NCBI GenBank assembly: GCA_033763315.1
Contig: JANRKS010000002.1
Coordinates: 320,001-384,000 of the forward strand
Reading direction: 5' to 3'
Origin: Deltaproteobacteria bacterium
GTDB taxonomy: Bacteria; Myxococcota_A; Polyangia; Fen-1088
DNA: 64,000 nucleotides
Under the pieces are notes generated by a model, which did not search any database, was not told where the DNA came from, and worked only from the letters and a program-made list of their open reading frames with translations. Below are positions 17,133 to 26,561 of this stretch, piece by piece. Made by a program: the position numbers and the translations under genes. Every line of letters starts with the position of its first letter. The stretch's first letter is position 1.

Positions 17133-18419
17133 TTAGGGGAAGATGCCGCGATCGATGTACGTTTTCGCCACGCGATCCAAGGCGATGCAGAACGCGGCCG
17201 TGCGCCAATCGCACTTGTGGTGGGCCGCGTAGTCCATCACGCTGGCATACGTGCGCTTCATGCGCTTGGCCAAGCGATCTTCCACGTCTTCAACATCCCA
17301 GATCTCGGAGCGCTTGTTTTGCAGCCACTCGTAGTAGCTGACGGCCACGCCGCCTGAGTTTGCGAGGATATCAGGAATCACGTCGATGCCTCGATCGGCC
17401 AAGATGGCGTCGGCGTCGTTGTCGGTGGGGCCATTCGCCGCTTCAACAATCATCTTGCATCGAGCCGCGCGCGCTTCTTTCTCGCCAATCTCAAGCTCAA
17501 GCGCCGCGGGCACAAGAATGTCGGTTTGCAGGGCGAAAAATTCATCGCGCGATATTGGCTGGCTGCCCGGGTACTCCGCAACGGTGCCGGTCTTTGCGAT
17601 GTATTCAGAAAGCTTGAAGGGGTTGATGCCTTCGCCGTTGTGAATGTAGCCCTTCCAGTCGCCGACCGCGATCATGGACGCCCCGGTGCGCGCCAGGATC
17701 TTCGCCGTGTTCGAACCCACATTGCCGAAACCTTGCACGGCGTATGTGGCTCCGTTGAGGTCAAAGCGCTTCTCGCGCGCCCACTCGGTGATGCAATGAA
17801 CCACACCTTGTCCTGTGGCGGAGGCGCGGCCGTGCGAGCCGCCACACGCCAAGGGCTTGCCGGTGACCACGCCGCGGTTGGCTTGCCGGTTGCCGGCGGC
17901 GGTGAAGCTCACGAACGTGTCCATCATCCACGCCATGGTTTGCGCGTTGGTGCCCACGTCGGGGGCGGGGATGTCGTGCTCAGGCCCGATGTTGTTGCCC
18001 AGCTCAAACGTGAACCGTCGGGTGATGCGCTCAAGCTCGGATTGAGAATGCGAGCTGGGGCTGAATTTGATGCCGCCTTTGGCGCCGCCAAACGGTATCT
18101 CGTGCAGCGCGCACTTATAGGTCATCCACGAGGCCAGGGCCTTGATTTCGTCGAGTGAAACCTCGTGGTGGTAACGAATGCCGCCTTTATAAGGGCCAAT
18201 GGCGTTGTTGTGCTGAACCCGGTAGCCCTTGAACAACTGATAACTGCCGTCGTCCATGCGGACGGGGAAGTTCACAATTAGTTCGTTCTTGGGTTGCGAA
18301 AGAATCAGCCTGATTTCGTCGGCCAAACCTGACAAAGTGGCCGCTTTCTCAAACTGAACCTTCGCCACGGCGTAGGGATTCGGCTTAAGCGTCTTTGCAC
18401 CCGTGCCCGTTTCGCTCAT
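17133..18419 (-). CDS. gdhA: Glu/Leu/Phe/Val dehydrogenase (glutamate dehydrogenase)
   Basis: GYRVQHN, GPYKGGIRYH, MTYKCA, PFGGAKGG, DIPAPDVGT, VTGKP, ATGQG, QGFGNVG, EAANGP, PDILANSGGV. Confidence 0.93.
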   Translation of the reverse strand: MSETGTGAKTLKPNPYAVAKVQFEKAATLSGLADEIRLILSQPKNELIVNFPVRMDDGSYQLFKGYRVQHNNAIGPYKGGIRYHHEVSLDEIKALASWMTYKCALHEIPFGGAKGGIKFSPSSHSQSELERITRRFTFELGNNIGPEHDIPAPDVGTNAQTMAWMMDTFVSFTAAGNRQANRGVVTGKPLACGGSHGRASATGQGVVHCITEWAREKRFDLNGATYAVQGFGNVGSNTAKILARTGASMIAVGDWKGYIHNGEGINPFKLSEYIAKTGTVAEYPGSQPISRDEFFALQTDILVPAALELEIGEKEARAARCKMIVEAANGPTDNDADAILADRGIDVIPDILANSGGVAVSYYEWLQNKRSEIWDVEDVEDRLAKRMKRTYASVMDYAAHHKCDWRTAAFCIALDRVAKTYIDRGIFP

Positions 18420-18447
18420 ATACCAAGATTACCATAGGACCCTCTTT

Positions 18448-19824
18448 ATGACATCTCGCAGCCACGACGCTCAGCCCGACATTGACTCCCCCTCGAAGCA
18501 CCGCTTGGCGGGCAACGCACGCGACTTGGCTTTGCAGGTGACGGCCGAGATCCGGGCCGAATGGTCGTATGCCACGGACATCATGAGCCGCGCGTTCCGC
18601 GTCCACCGGGGCCTCGCCAGCCGCGATCGCCGTTTGGTGGCCGAAACGGTTTACGGGTTGTTGCGCATGGATCGGCGGTTAGACGCGCAAGTGGATGAGC
18701 TGCCGCCGTTCAACCGTGGGCCAAAGCGCACCTTGACGCCCATGATGCGCGATCAAGCCAAGTTGCTGTTCTGGGAGCTTGGGCAGCAGATCATTTCTGC
18801 CGATACAGCGGCAGCCGAACTCAAACAAATTGTGGGCTATGGCGTGCCGGCAGAGCGCATTTGCGACGCCGATTTCGGCTTGGGAAAGAAACAAGGCTTA
18901 GAACGCGAGGCCATTCGCCATTCGTTTCCCACCTGGATGCTGGAACGCTTCGTTGAAGATCTCGGAGAGGCCGAGGCTCTAAAGCTGGCCGCTTCGATGA
19001 ACGAACGTGCGCCCTTGATGGTGATGACCAACACCCGCTTGATCACCCGCGAAGATCTCATCGCGCGTTTGGCGTTGGAAGGCGTGCAAGCGGAGCCCAC
19101 AGCCCTGGCGCCAACTGGGCTGCTATTTCGCACCCGCGTGAACGCTTTTGCTTTGCCTTCATTTCAAGAAGGTTTGTTCGAAGTGATGGACGAAGGCAGC
19201 CAGTTGGTCGCGGAAGCCGTGGCCCCGCCGCCCGGCGGCCGCGTGGTGGACGCTTGCGCGGGCGCGGGTGGCAAGACGTTGGCGCTGGGCGCCCTCATGC
19301 AGGGCAAGGGCCGTTTGTTTGCGATGGACGTGGCGGGCAAAAAGCTCGAAGAGCTGCGCCGCCGCGCACGCCGCGCGGGGCTCTCGAATGTGGCCGCGCG
19401 GGCCGTGGAGGGCGTGCAATTGCCACCTGAGGCCCGCGCCGAAGCGTGGGATCGGGTGCTGGTGGATGCGCCTTGCTCAGGGTTAGGCACGCTTCGCCGC
19501 AACCCCGAAGCGCGATGGCGTCTGACCCCATCGGACGTGGCTCGCTTTCCCAGCCTGCAGCTTTCGCTGTTGGTGGCTTACGCCCCTTTGGTGGCTGTGG
19601 GAGGTAGGTTGATCTTTGCGACGTGCACGGTGCTTCGCTCAGAGAACGAATTGGTGATCGAAGCGTTCTTGAAAGAGCGGCCAGAATTTGTGCCCGTGCC
19701 GCTTAAGGAAGTGATGGGCAAAGCGCGGGCGGAAACGTTGGGTGACGGCGACACGCTGCGCTTGTTCCCGCACCGCCAAGGCACCGATGGGTTCTTCACG
19801 GCCGTGATGCGCCGGGTGCGCTAG
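18448..19824 (+). CDS. RsmB/NOP2 family RNA cytosine-C5 methyltransferase
   Basis: MDEGSQL, DACAGAGGKT, LVDAPCSGLG, ATCTV..ENE, LFPHRQGTDGFF; start ATG 18448. Confidence 0.93.
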   Translation: MTSRSHDAQPDIDSPSKHRLAGNARDLALQVTAEIRAEWSYATDIMSRAFRVHRGLASRDRRLVAETVYGLLRMDRRLDAQVDELPPFNRGPKRTLTPMMRDQAKLLFWELGQQIISADTAAAELKQIVGYGVPAERICDADFGLGKKQGLEREAIRHSFPTWMLERFVEDLGEAEALKLAASMNERAPLMVMTNTRLITREDLIARLALEGVQAEPTALAPTGLLFRTRVNAFALPSFQEGLFEVMDEGSQLVAEAVAPPPGGRVVDACAGAGGKTLALGALMQGKGRLFAMDVAGKKLEELRRRARRAGLSNVAARAVEGVQLPPEARAEAWDRVLVDAPCSGLGTLRRNPEARWRLTPSDVARFPSLQLSLLVAYAPLVAVGGRLIFATCTVLRSENELVIEAFLKERPEFVPVPLKEVMGKARAETLGDGDTLRLFPHRQGTDGFFTAVMRRVR

Positions 19825-19841
19825 GGCTCGTGCACCGTTCG

Positions 19842-20453
19842 CTAGGGCGTATCGAACTGCACTTCAACGCCTACCAGGGCGTCCAAGCTGGCGAGCCCGC
19901 GCGACAACCCGGAGGCCTTCTCGTGGGATGCGAAGCCGACGGTGGTGCCAATCTCCAAACCGAAGCCGAGCCAATCGTATAGGTAATAGCGCCCTGAAAT
20001 TGAGCCGCGCACGCCCAGGCCCATCGCTGCGCTGTACTGGTCAGGAAACACAAACAAGAAGCCGCCAGCCAACGTACCCGTGAGGATCACAGGCACGTCC
20101 ATGCGCAACCGATACGAAAGGCCGCCCATCGTGTCGGCCATCTGCCCGCATGTGGCGCACGCCCGACCATCCACGGGCTTGTCCGAACCATCCACAAAAC
20201 CCACGTGCAAGTTGAGCCACAAACTGCCAACAAGTTCGTACTCAAAGGCGGCTTTCAGTTTCAGGCCGCCGATGCCGCCACCCGAAGCGGCATGAAAGCC
20301 ACCCGCCAGCTGCAGCGCGTTCGGCTTAAGGAACGGGTGTGGTCCGCGGAGCAAGCCCCCATCCGCCGGTCCGGTGGCTGCTGCGGCTGCACTCGAAAGC
20401 CCAAGCCATGCCAAGGCCGCGAAGGTAACAAAAGCCTGCGTGTAAGCGCGCAC
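19842..20453 (-). CDS. small outer-membrane beta-barrel protein
   Basis: GTG start with signal peptide (AALAWLGLSSAAAAA), about 8 amphipathic strands, RYYLYDWLGFGLE, C-terminal VGVEVQF. Confidence 0.7.
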   Translation of the reverse strand: MRAYTQAFVTFAALAWLGLSSAAAAATGPADGGLLRGPHPFLKPNALQLAGGFHAASGGGIGGLKLKAAFEYELVGSLWLNLHVGFVDGSDKPVDGRACATCGQMADTMGGLSYRLRMDVPVILTGTLAGGFLFVFPDQYSAAMGLGVRGSISGRYYLYDWLGFGLEIGTTVGFASHEKASGLSRGLASLDALVGVEVQFDTP

Positions 20454-20511
20454 GGGCGCAGAATAGCTGAAAGTCACCCAACGAGCGTATTTTGCGGCAG
20501 AATCGGCGCGC

Positions 20512-20892
20512 ATGACTTCGCGTCGACAACGTGCCCATTCGAACACGTCCCGCCTTTGGGGGCGCAGGGCGATGGTGGTTGCCATGTGTGCATCGTTTGT
20601 GGCCTGCAGCGCGCCTTACCGGGGAGCCAAATTCGTGGGTGGCGTGAGCGGTGTGTTGGCCGCGGCGGGAGGCACGGCGTGGGTGGTGGGAGAGAACACC
20701 GATTCGAGCGGACTCATTGTGCCCGGCGTGATCGCAACCATCATCGGTGCCGTGGGCATGGCGACAGCGGCGATGGTGGTGGCGGCGCAAAGCAGTTGCG
20801 CTGCCGACGCCGAATGCTTGGACGGCTATCAATGTCGCGAGTTACCGGCGCCTGCGGGGCAGGAGCCATACAGCCAATGCGTGCCCCGCTAG
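20512..20892 (+). CDS. putative lipoprotein with Gly-rich hydrophobic hairpin and Cys-rich C-terminus
   Basis: Lipobox-like FVAC; two Gly/Ala-rich hydrophobic helices; C-x5-C-x5-C...C tail. Confidence 0.6.
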   Translation: MTSRRQRAHSNTSRLWGRRAMVVAMCASFVACSAPYRGAKFVGGVSGVLAAAGGTAWVVGENTDSSGLIVPGVIATIIGAVGMATAAMVVAAQSSCAADAECLDGYQCRELPAPAGQEPYSQCVPR

Positions 20893-20905
20893 CGCGGCCA
20901 CCGCT

Positions 20906-21787
20906 TCAATTTGCGCAGCTGGTGCGGCACTGCCCGAATGACATGTTCATGAACGAGAATGGGCAGCACACGGTTCCGCCTCGGCATTGCTCGGAGTTAG
21001 CACACAATACGGCCGTGTTTGGCGTGGCCTCACAGGCCAACGGTCCTAAACATACGCTCCTGACGCTCACCCCTGTGGCCTCGCCGCAGCACACCTGACC
21101 GCTGTCGCAGTCAGACCGCTCGTCACAATACAAAAAGCTGCTGGTACCGCACTCGGCGGCATTCTTTAAACAACGGAAGCCAGATTCGCGGCGGCAGCAG
21201 TACTCGCCCCTACCGCACACGTCGGTGCCACACTTGATGGCGTCTGGCGTTCCGGGCATTTCGATTGTGCCCATGGTTCCGCCCGTGCCTTGTGTGCCGC
21301 CTGTGGCCATCGCGCCGCCCGTGCCTGGTGTGCCGCCTGTGTTGGCCCCGCCTGTGCCGGACACCCCACCGGTCGTCATCGCACCGCCTGCATTCATGCC
21401 GCCCATGCCACCCGCCCCGCCTGTTGCGGGTGAGCCCCCTTTGCCAGCCGTGCCCGTCATCCCGCCCTTGCCGGGCGCACCTCCGGCCGCCGGGGGTGAG
21501 CCCCCTTTACCACCCGTGCCCGCAGGGGTGCCCCCCGCTCCGCCCGTTCCGCCCGTTCCCGCCATACCTGGGGTGCCGCCGCTGGCGTTGCCGATTATGC
21601 CACCGGTGCCATCTTCACCCTGGCCGTTGGCCGCGCCGGCATTCATGCCATCGCCGCCCGCCGGAGAGTCATCCTCCACGTTCGTTTCAAGACCGTCGCC
21701 TGAAACGCTACAAGCACCATTGGTTAAAGCGAACAAACCGGCCGTAAGGCCAAGCAGGGTCACCAACGAGACGTTTGCAAACTTCAT
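20906..21787 (-). CDS. lipoprotein with long Gly/Thr linker and Cys-rich C-terminal domain
   Basis: Signal ending NGAC, (G/A/T)GG low-complexity stretch, three CC-containing Cys repeats. Confidence 0.8.
   Translation of the reverse strand: MKFANVSLVTLLGLTAGLFALTNGACSVSGDGLETNVEDDSPAGGDGMNAGAANGQGEDGTGGIIGNASGGTPGMAGTGGTGGAGGTPAGTGGKGGSPPAAGGAPGKGGMTGTAGKGGSPATGGAGGMGGMNAGGAMTTGGVSGTGGANTGGTPGTGGAMATGGTQGTGGTMGTIEMPGTPDAIKCGTDVCGRGEYCCRRESGFRCLKNAAECGTSSFLYCDERSDCDSGQVCCGEATGVSVRSVCLGPLACEATPNTAVLCANSEQCRGGTVCCPFSFMNMSFGQCRTSCAN
21270..21680 (-). repeat. low-complexity coding repeat (TGG/GGA/GGK tripeptides)
   Basis: Iterated ccgcc(c/t)gtg units on the + strand encode the Gly-rich linker. 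Confidence 0.7.
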
Positions 21788-21939
21788 GAGGCACGTCTTT
21801 CGAAAACAAAGCCAAGGAGATCGGCGTAACCGCTCTTATCTATGTTAGTGCCGCCTGCACGCAGCGCCCTGCAATTTTTTTTGTCGTGGTTGCCACTTTG
21901 GTACCCCACTGTGGGCCTTTGACGTACGATTGATTGATC

Positions 21940-23265
21940 TCAACGCTTTAGAACGGGCGGCGTTGGCAACTCATCGTCCACTAAGTCGGCTTGCGGCGCC
22001 ATAAACGGCCAGGTCGAGCGCCGTTGCGTTGGCAGGCTGACCTCGGGCGCTGGCGTGTTTGGACCAAAGGGGAGCGTCTTATGACCCTTTTTCTTCGTGA
22101 GAAGCAGCGGTTTGCTTCCTTCGGGCGCAGTGGCCGTGGTGGGCGTAGGCGGCACGGCGGACGGCCGAGGGGCACTGGTTTGCGTGGGCAGCGGCGTGCT
22201 CACCGCGGGTGCGGGCCGCACGGTGGGCACCTTGGGCCGCAACAACGGGATGGGCCGCAGCAGCGCTTCGGCTTCGGGCGTGAATTCTTCAGGCACGGCG
22301 TTGCCCACACGTCGAAACCGGGTGCTGCCGTAACAGCGCTGCATGTCTGCGTAGAGTTCTTCCATCCGTTGATGACGTCGCTCAGGCGCCTTTTCGAGCG
22401 CTTTGAGGATCACGCGTTCAGCGTCAGGTGTGATCTCAACATGCGGGTTGCGGCGTCGAGGGGGCTCCGGCTCATCACGAACATGGGCGAGCATGATGGC
22501 GGCGGGATCTTCGCCATCAAAGGGCAGCGTGCCTGTGAGCGCCCGATAGAAGATCACGCCCAGGGCATAGATGTCCGAGCGTTGATCCGCCACGCCGATG
22601 CGTGCTGTTTCCGGCGCCATATATTGCGGGGTGGCGATGACCACGCCGTTATCGCTCGTGCGGCCATCAACAGCGCCCCAAAACATGGCGGCACCGAAAT
22701 CAAGCACCGTGGCGAAATCGAACTTCATCTCAGATTCGATCGTTTCCAGCGTGCCGTGGGCGTCGCGCGTGGTGCGCACCAGTTCGCGCCGTCCGGGGCG
22801 GCGTTCAATCATGATGTTTTCGGGCTTCAGATCGCGGTGAATCACACCGCGTGCATGCGCGGCCCCCAGCGCGCGCGCCACTTGCCCCAGCATCACCAAA
22901 ACGCGAAACAAGGGCAGGGGCCCCTCGCGTTGCATGAGGCGCTCCATGGGCTCGCCGTCCACGTGTGACATTACGAGGTAGACGGTGCCGTTTTCCGCCT
23001 CGCCGAAATCGGTGACGCCCACGATGTTCGGGTGATCCACCAAGCTTGCGGCGCGGGCTTCTTGCAAAAAGCGCTCACGTGCGCCTTTGTCGTGGAAGAA
23101 GCGGTTGTCGAGCACCTTTACCGCCACGCGCTTACGGATGTAGATGTGCTCGCCCTCGTACACCACACCCATGCCGCCGCGTCCGAGCAAACTCTTTAGA
23201 GCGTAGTTGCCAAGGCGGGTGCCAAGACGGGCGTCGGGATCTTCTTTGGGCGGCGGTGGCGACAA
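21940..23265 (-). CDS. cytoplasmic Hanks-type Ser/Thr protein kinase with an insert before DFG
   Basis: [41 protein letters not shown]; no TM segment; TTG start. Confidence 0.92.
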   Translation of the reverse strand: MSPPPPKEDPDARLGTRLGNYALKSLLGRGGMGVVYEGEHIYIRKRVAVKVLDNRFFHDKGARERFLQEARAASLVDHPNIVGVTDFGEAENGTVYLVMSHVDGEPMERLMQREGPLPLFRVLVMLGQVARALGAAHARGVIHRDLKPENIMIERRPGRRELVRTTRDAHGTLETIESEMKFDFATVLDFGAAMFWGAVDGRTSDNGVVIATPQYMAPETARIGVADQRSDIYALGVIFYRALTGTLPFDGEDPAAIMLAHVRDEPEPPRRRNPHVEITPDAERVILKALEKAPERRHQRMEELYADMQRCYGSTRFRRVGNAVPEEFTPEAEALLRPIPLLRPKVPTVRPAPAVSTPLPTQTSAPRPSAVPPTPTTATAPEGSKPLLLTKKKGHKTLPFGPNTPAPEVSLPTQRRSTWPFMAPQADLVDDELPTPPVLKR

Positions 23266-23372
23266 ACTGTTTTATGGTTGCATGCCCCGGCGACGGCGAC
23301 AACCGCAGAACGTGTGGCGGCCCCCGGTTTCTCGGGTTGACATGGCAACGCCCTTCCTTGATTGTCCCGTGC

Positions 23373-24080
23373 ATGCGACCCGACGGGCGACTGCCAGACC
23401 AACTGCGCGACGTGCGCATCACCCCCGACGTGAACCGTTACGCAGAGGGCTCGGTGCTGATCGAGTTTGGGCACACAAAGGTTCACTGCACAGCCAGCCT
23501 GGAAAACCGCGTTCCACCTTTTCTTGAAGGCAAGAACACCGGTTGGGTCACCGCTGAGTATGCAATGTTGCCTCGGTCAACCCACTCTCGCTCGGGACGC
23601 AACCCCGGGGGGCGCGGCACTGAGATCCAGCGGCTGATTGGCCGCGCGCTGCGGGCTGCCGTCGATACGCGCGCCTTAGGGCCGCGCCAGATCACGATTG
23701 ACTGTGACGTCATTCAAGCCGATGGCGGCACAAGAACGGCCGCCATCACCGGGGGCTGGGTGGCTCTCGCCTTGGCCATCCGCCGCTTGCAGCAAAAAGA
23801 ATCTTTGAACAAGAACCCGGTCGTGCGTGCGATCGCCGCTGTTTCGACGGGCATCGTGGCAGGCGAAGCGCGCTTGGATTTGGCTTACGAAGAAGACTCC
23901 AAAGCGGACACAGATTTCAATTTTGTGATGACGGACGACGGTCGGTTCGTTGAGATCCAGGGCTCCGCGGAGGCTGAACCGTTTTCACAAGAAGAATACG
24001 AGAGGCTGTGCGGTTTGGCGCGCGCGGGATCGGCGCAGCTTTTCGCTTTGCAACAGCAGGCGTTGATCGCGGCGAGGTGA
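23373..24080 (+). CDS. rph: ribonuclease PH
   Basis: [75 protein letters not shown]. Confidence 0.97.
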   Translation: MRPDGRLPDQLRDVRITPDVNRYAEGSVLIEFGHTKVHCTASLENRVPPFLEGKNTGWVTAEYAMLPRSTHSRSGRNPGGRGTEIQRLIGRALRAAVDTRALGPRQITIDCDVIQADGGTRTAAITGGWVALALAIRRLQQKESLNKNPVVRAIAAVSTGIVAGEARLDLAYEEDSKADTDFNFVMTDDGRFVEIQGSAEAEPFSQEEYERLCGLARAGSAQLFALQQQALIAAR

Positions 24081-24086
24081 CTGAGC

Positions 24087-24710
24087 ATGACAAAGCAACT
24101 TCAGATCGTGGTGGCCAGCCGCAACGCTCACAAGGTGGCGGAGATCCAGTCGCTGTTAGGCGACGTGCCCGTGACGCTCGTAACGATTGACGAAGTGGCT
24201 CCGGGCGTTGAACTGCGAGAAGACGAGCCAACATTTGAAGGCAATGCCCTGGCCAAGGCGCATCAAGCCGCGCGTGCGACGGGTATGTTGGCGATTGCCG
24301 ACGATTCCGGTTTGCAGGTGGACGCGCTCGGTGGTGAGCCCGGCGTGTGGTCGGCTCGATACGCCGGTTTGCCCAGCAACGATGCGCGCAACAACGCCAA
24401 GCTACTGCAGGCATTGCACGGGGTGCCTGATGACAAACGCACAGGTCGCTACCAATGCTGTGCGGTGTTTGTTGATCTGCAGAACCAAGAGTCACTGGTG
24501 CAGTTTGGCGCGTGCGAGGGGCGCATCCTTTCGCACATGCAAGGGGCGGGCGGCTTCGGCTACGATCCCATGTTCTTTTTGCCGTCCCTCGGCAAAACGA
24601 TGGCGGAGATCACATTGGAAGAGAAAAACCAGCTTTCCCACCGGGCCAAGGCCTTCCGAGCCTTGGCGGCCGTGTTGAAGCCCTACTTGGCGAGCCTTTC
24701 CTTCACTTGA
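24087..24710 (+). CDS. rdgB: non-canonical purine NTP pyrophosphatase (RdgB/HAM1)
   Basis: ASRNAHKVAE, TFEGNALAKA, ADDSGL.VDALGGEPGVWSARYAG, GFGYDP, KNQLSHRAKA; follows rph. Confidence 0.97.
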   Translation: MTKQLQIVVASRNAHKVAEIQSLLGDVPVTLVTIDEVAPGVELREDEPTFEGNALAKAHQAARATGMLAIADDSGLQVDALGGEPGVWSARYAGLPSNDARNNAKLLQALHGVPDDKRTGRYQCCAVFVDLQNQESLVQFGACEGRILSHMQGAGGFGYDPMFFLPSLGKTMAEITLEEKNQLSHRAKAFRALAAVLKPYLASLSFT

Positions 24711-24791
24711 GCCGTCAAAGCCCCTGGCGCCCGCCGGTCGCTTGTAGTATCAAGCTCCTCCCGGGTTTGCGGTTTGCCGCAAGTCCGGTAT

Positions 24792-24868
24792 CGGGGTGTA
24801 GCGCAGTCTGGTAGCGCGCCTGGTTTGGGACCAGGATGCCGTAGGTTCGAATCCTATCACCCCGACCA
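24792..24868 (+). tRNA. tRNA-Pro (anticodon UGG)
   Basis: Acceptor stem CGGGGTG/CACCCCG, D-arm AGCGCAGTCTGGTAGCGC, anticodon stem CCTGG-TTTGGGA-CCAGG, GTAGGTTCGAATCCTAT T-arm, encoded CCA; 77 nt. Confidence 0.97.
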
Positions 24869-24960
24869 CTTTGGCCGATCCGTTCGGCTTTCCTGTTGCC
24901 GGCGCGCACGTGTTTTGCGACGTTGGCGCTGTGGGCACCTCAGATCTCCAAGGGTCAGGT

Positions 24961-25881
24961 TTGGAAGAGAACGTCGTCCATCGCAAACGCACGGCTTGGC
25001 TATTGGTTGAAACCGCCGCCGTCTATGCTGCGTTGGCATTGGCGATCTTGGTGAGCGAGCGTTGCCACGCACCACCGGAGGTTAAGTTGTTGCCGGTTGT
25101 GGGGCTGGGCTTTTGGTTTCACCGCCTTTATGTCGTGGCTCACGAGGCGTCTCACCGCAAGTTGTGGCCCCAGAGTTCGCGCATCAACGATGCACTTGGA
25201 CAAATCATGTTGCTGCCCCTGATGGTGCCGCTGCGCATTCATCGCAAGATTCATGCGTTTCATCACGCGCACAACCGACGCGACCACCATCTGTCGGCGC
25301 TTGATACTTATGTTGTCCGCGGTCGTTGCGGGTGGGGGCGTCGCGTTTGGTGTTATGGCCTGTGGTACGTGGGCGTGTTCGCCGGCGGCTGGTTCGTGCA
25401 TTCGTTGGTGTCAGTCGTTTTGTTTTTGTGCATGCCGCTGCGCTTGGCGCGCAGAGTGTCGCCGGCATTCAAAGGGTGGCGCCGGCGTGATCAGCTTGCG
25501 TCGCTCGCCGTGTTTGCTTGTGGGGTGAGCCTTCACGTAGGCATCGCGTTCGCGTTTGGGGCGCGCGTTTGGCTTCTTCTGTTTGGTTGGCCCCTGCTCG
25601 CCTTTGCGTGGTGTTATTCGCTGTTGGTGTACATCTATCACTACGGCACTGGTTACGGTCCTGCCGTGCGCGAACACGTTCGCAGCCTGCGGCCAAGCCC
25701 CCTGTTGCGTTGGTGGCTGCTTGGCTTTTCAGATCACGCGGTTCACCACCAAGAGCCGCAGCTGCCCTGGTACGCGTTGGCGGCCCGCGACCAAGGCGCA
25801 GACGCCAGTAAACGTCAAAGTGTGGCTTCCGCGATCTGGAATCAATGGCGTGGGCCCACGATCGTGAAAGGCCCGTCGTGA
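24961..25881 (+). CDS. membrane fatty-acid desaturase family protein
   Basis: Three His boxes HEASH, HRKIHAFHH, HAVHH plus YIYHY; TM segments; start uncertain (TTG 24961 chosen). Confidence 0.85.
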   Translation: MEENVVHRKRTAWLLVETAAVYAALALAILVSERCHAPPEVKLLPVVGLGFWFHRLYVVAHEASHRKLWPQSSRINDALGQIMLLPLMVPLRIHRKIHAFHHAHNRRDHHLSALDTYVVRGRCGWGRRVWCYGLWYVGVFAGGWFVHSLVSVVLFLCMPLRLARRVSPAFKGWRRRDQLASLAVFACGVSLHVGIAFAFGARVWLLLFGWPLLAFAWCYSLLVYIYHYGTGYGPAVREHVRSLRPSPLLRWWLLGFSDHAVHHQEPQLPWYALAARDQGADASKRQSVASAIWNQWRGPTIVKGPS

Positions 25882-26543
25882 TAGCGCTTGATGAGGATAC
25901 ATGTTTGCGACGCGGTGAGGTTTGTGATGTCGACGCGGTCATGCGCATCAAAAAAGCGCTGCCCATGCCGGCGGCCGAGCACACGACTCGCGGCGGATTT
26001 CTGCTCGGCTGCGAGCCGCAACAATACGCTGGCCTTCTTGAGGCCGGCCAGGTGTGGCTGCTGCAGGTGAAGGGCACGGCGGTGGGCTTTGCAGCCGCCT
26101 TGACCAACGCGATGTTGAGGGCCTCGCCGCTGTGGCACACGCGAGACGCGATTGACTGGGACGCAAGCTTTGACCCGCAGCCTTGGTTGGGCAAGCGCAT
26201 AGGCTTCTTCGATCAACTGGCGGTGCTGCCAAGCGTTCGTTACCGCTACTGGGGTGCCGCTTTGGCTTTGCGCGCGCTGCTGAGCCTCACTGAAGACGAT
26301 CGTGATGAACTTGTTTTAACCACGACTGTTGTCGCCCCGATCGTCAACGCCGCAGCGTTGCCCTTCCTCGTGCGCGTTGGCGCGCAGGCGGTGGGCCGCC
26401 TGGTGGAGCACAATACGCCCCGCGGAACGATCGTTTCCGCCGTTCACGCCATTCACGTTGATCGTTTTCGCGAAGCGATGGTGAGGCGACGTGGCAAGCT
26501 GCAACCCGCTGCCTTGCGGGTCGTGGAAGCGGTGTGGCCGTAG
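25878..26543 (+). CDS. hypothetical protein, GNAT acyltransferase-like
   Basis: GTGA overlap with the desaturase stop; VGFAAAL strand, FFDQLAVLPSVRYRYWG (motif A-like), NAAALPF (motif B-like). Confidence 0.6.
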   Translation: MIALDEDTCLRRGEVCDVDAVMRIKKALPMPAAEHTTRGGFLLGCEPQQYAGLLEAGQVWLLQVKGTAVGFAAALTNAMLRASPLWHTRDAIDWDASFDPQPWLGKRIGFFDQLAVLPSVRYRYWGAALALRALLSLTEDDRDELVLTTTVVAPIVNAAALPFLVRVGAQAVGRLVEHNTPRGTIVSAVHAIHVDRFREAMVRRRGKLQPAALRVVEAVWP

Positions 26544-26561
26544 TCGCCGGCGTGCCAAGCT

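Noticed and set aside
21820-21830. 11-mer ATCGGCGTAAC shared with 61750-61760, both 30-40 bp upstream of minus-strand genes
   Set aside because: One 11-mer match among the window's intergenic DNA is compatible with chance, and the genes are unrelated
21225-21848. Pro-rich + strand ORFs or a possible tandem repeat/CRISPR array
   Set aside because: Antisense reading of the Gly-rich linker; no constant repeat-spacer structure and no cas genes
24715-25075. Short ORFs overlapping the tRNA
   Set aside because: Spurious translations of the tRNA-Pro gene and its flanks
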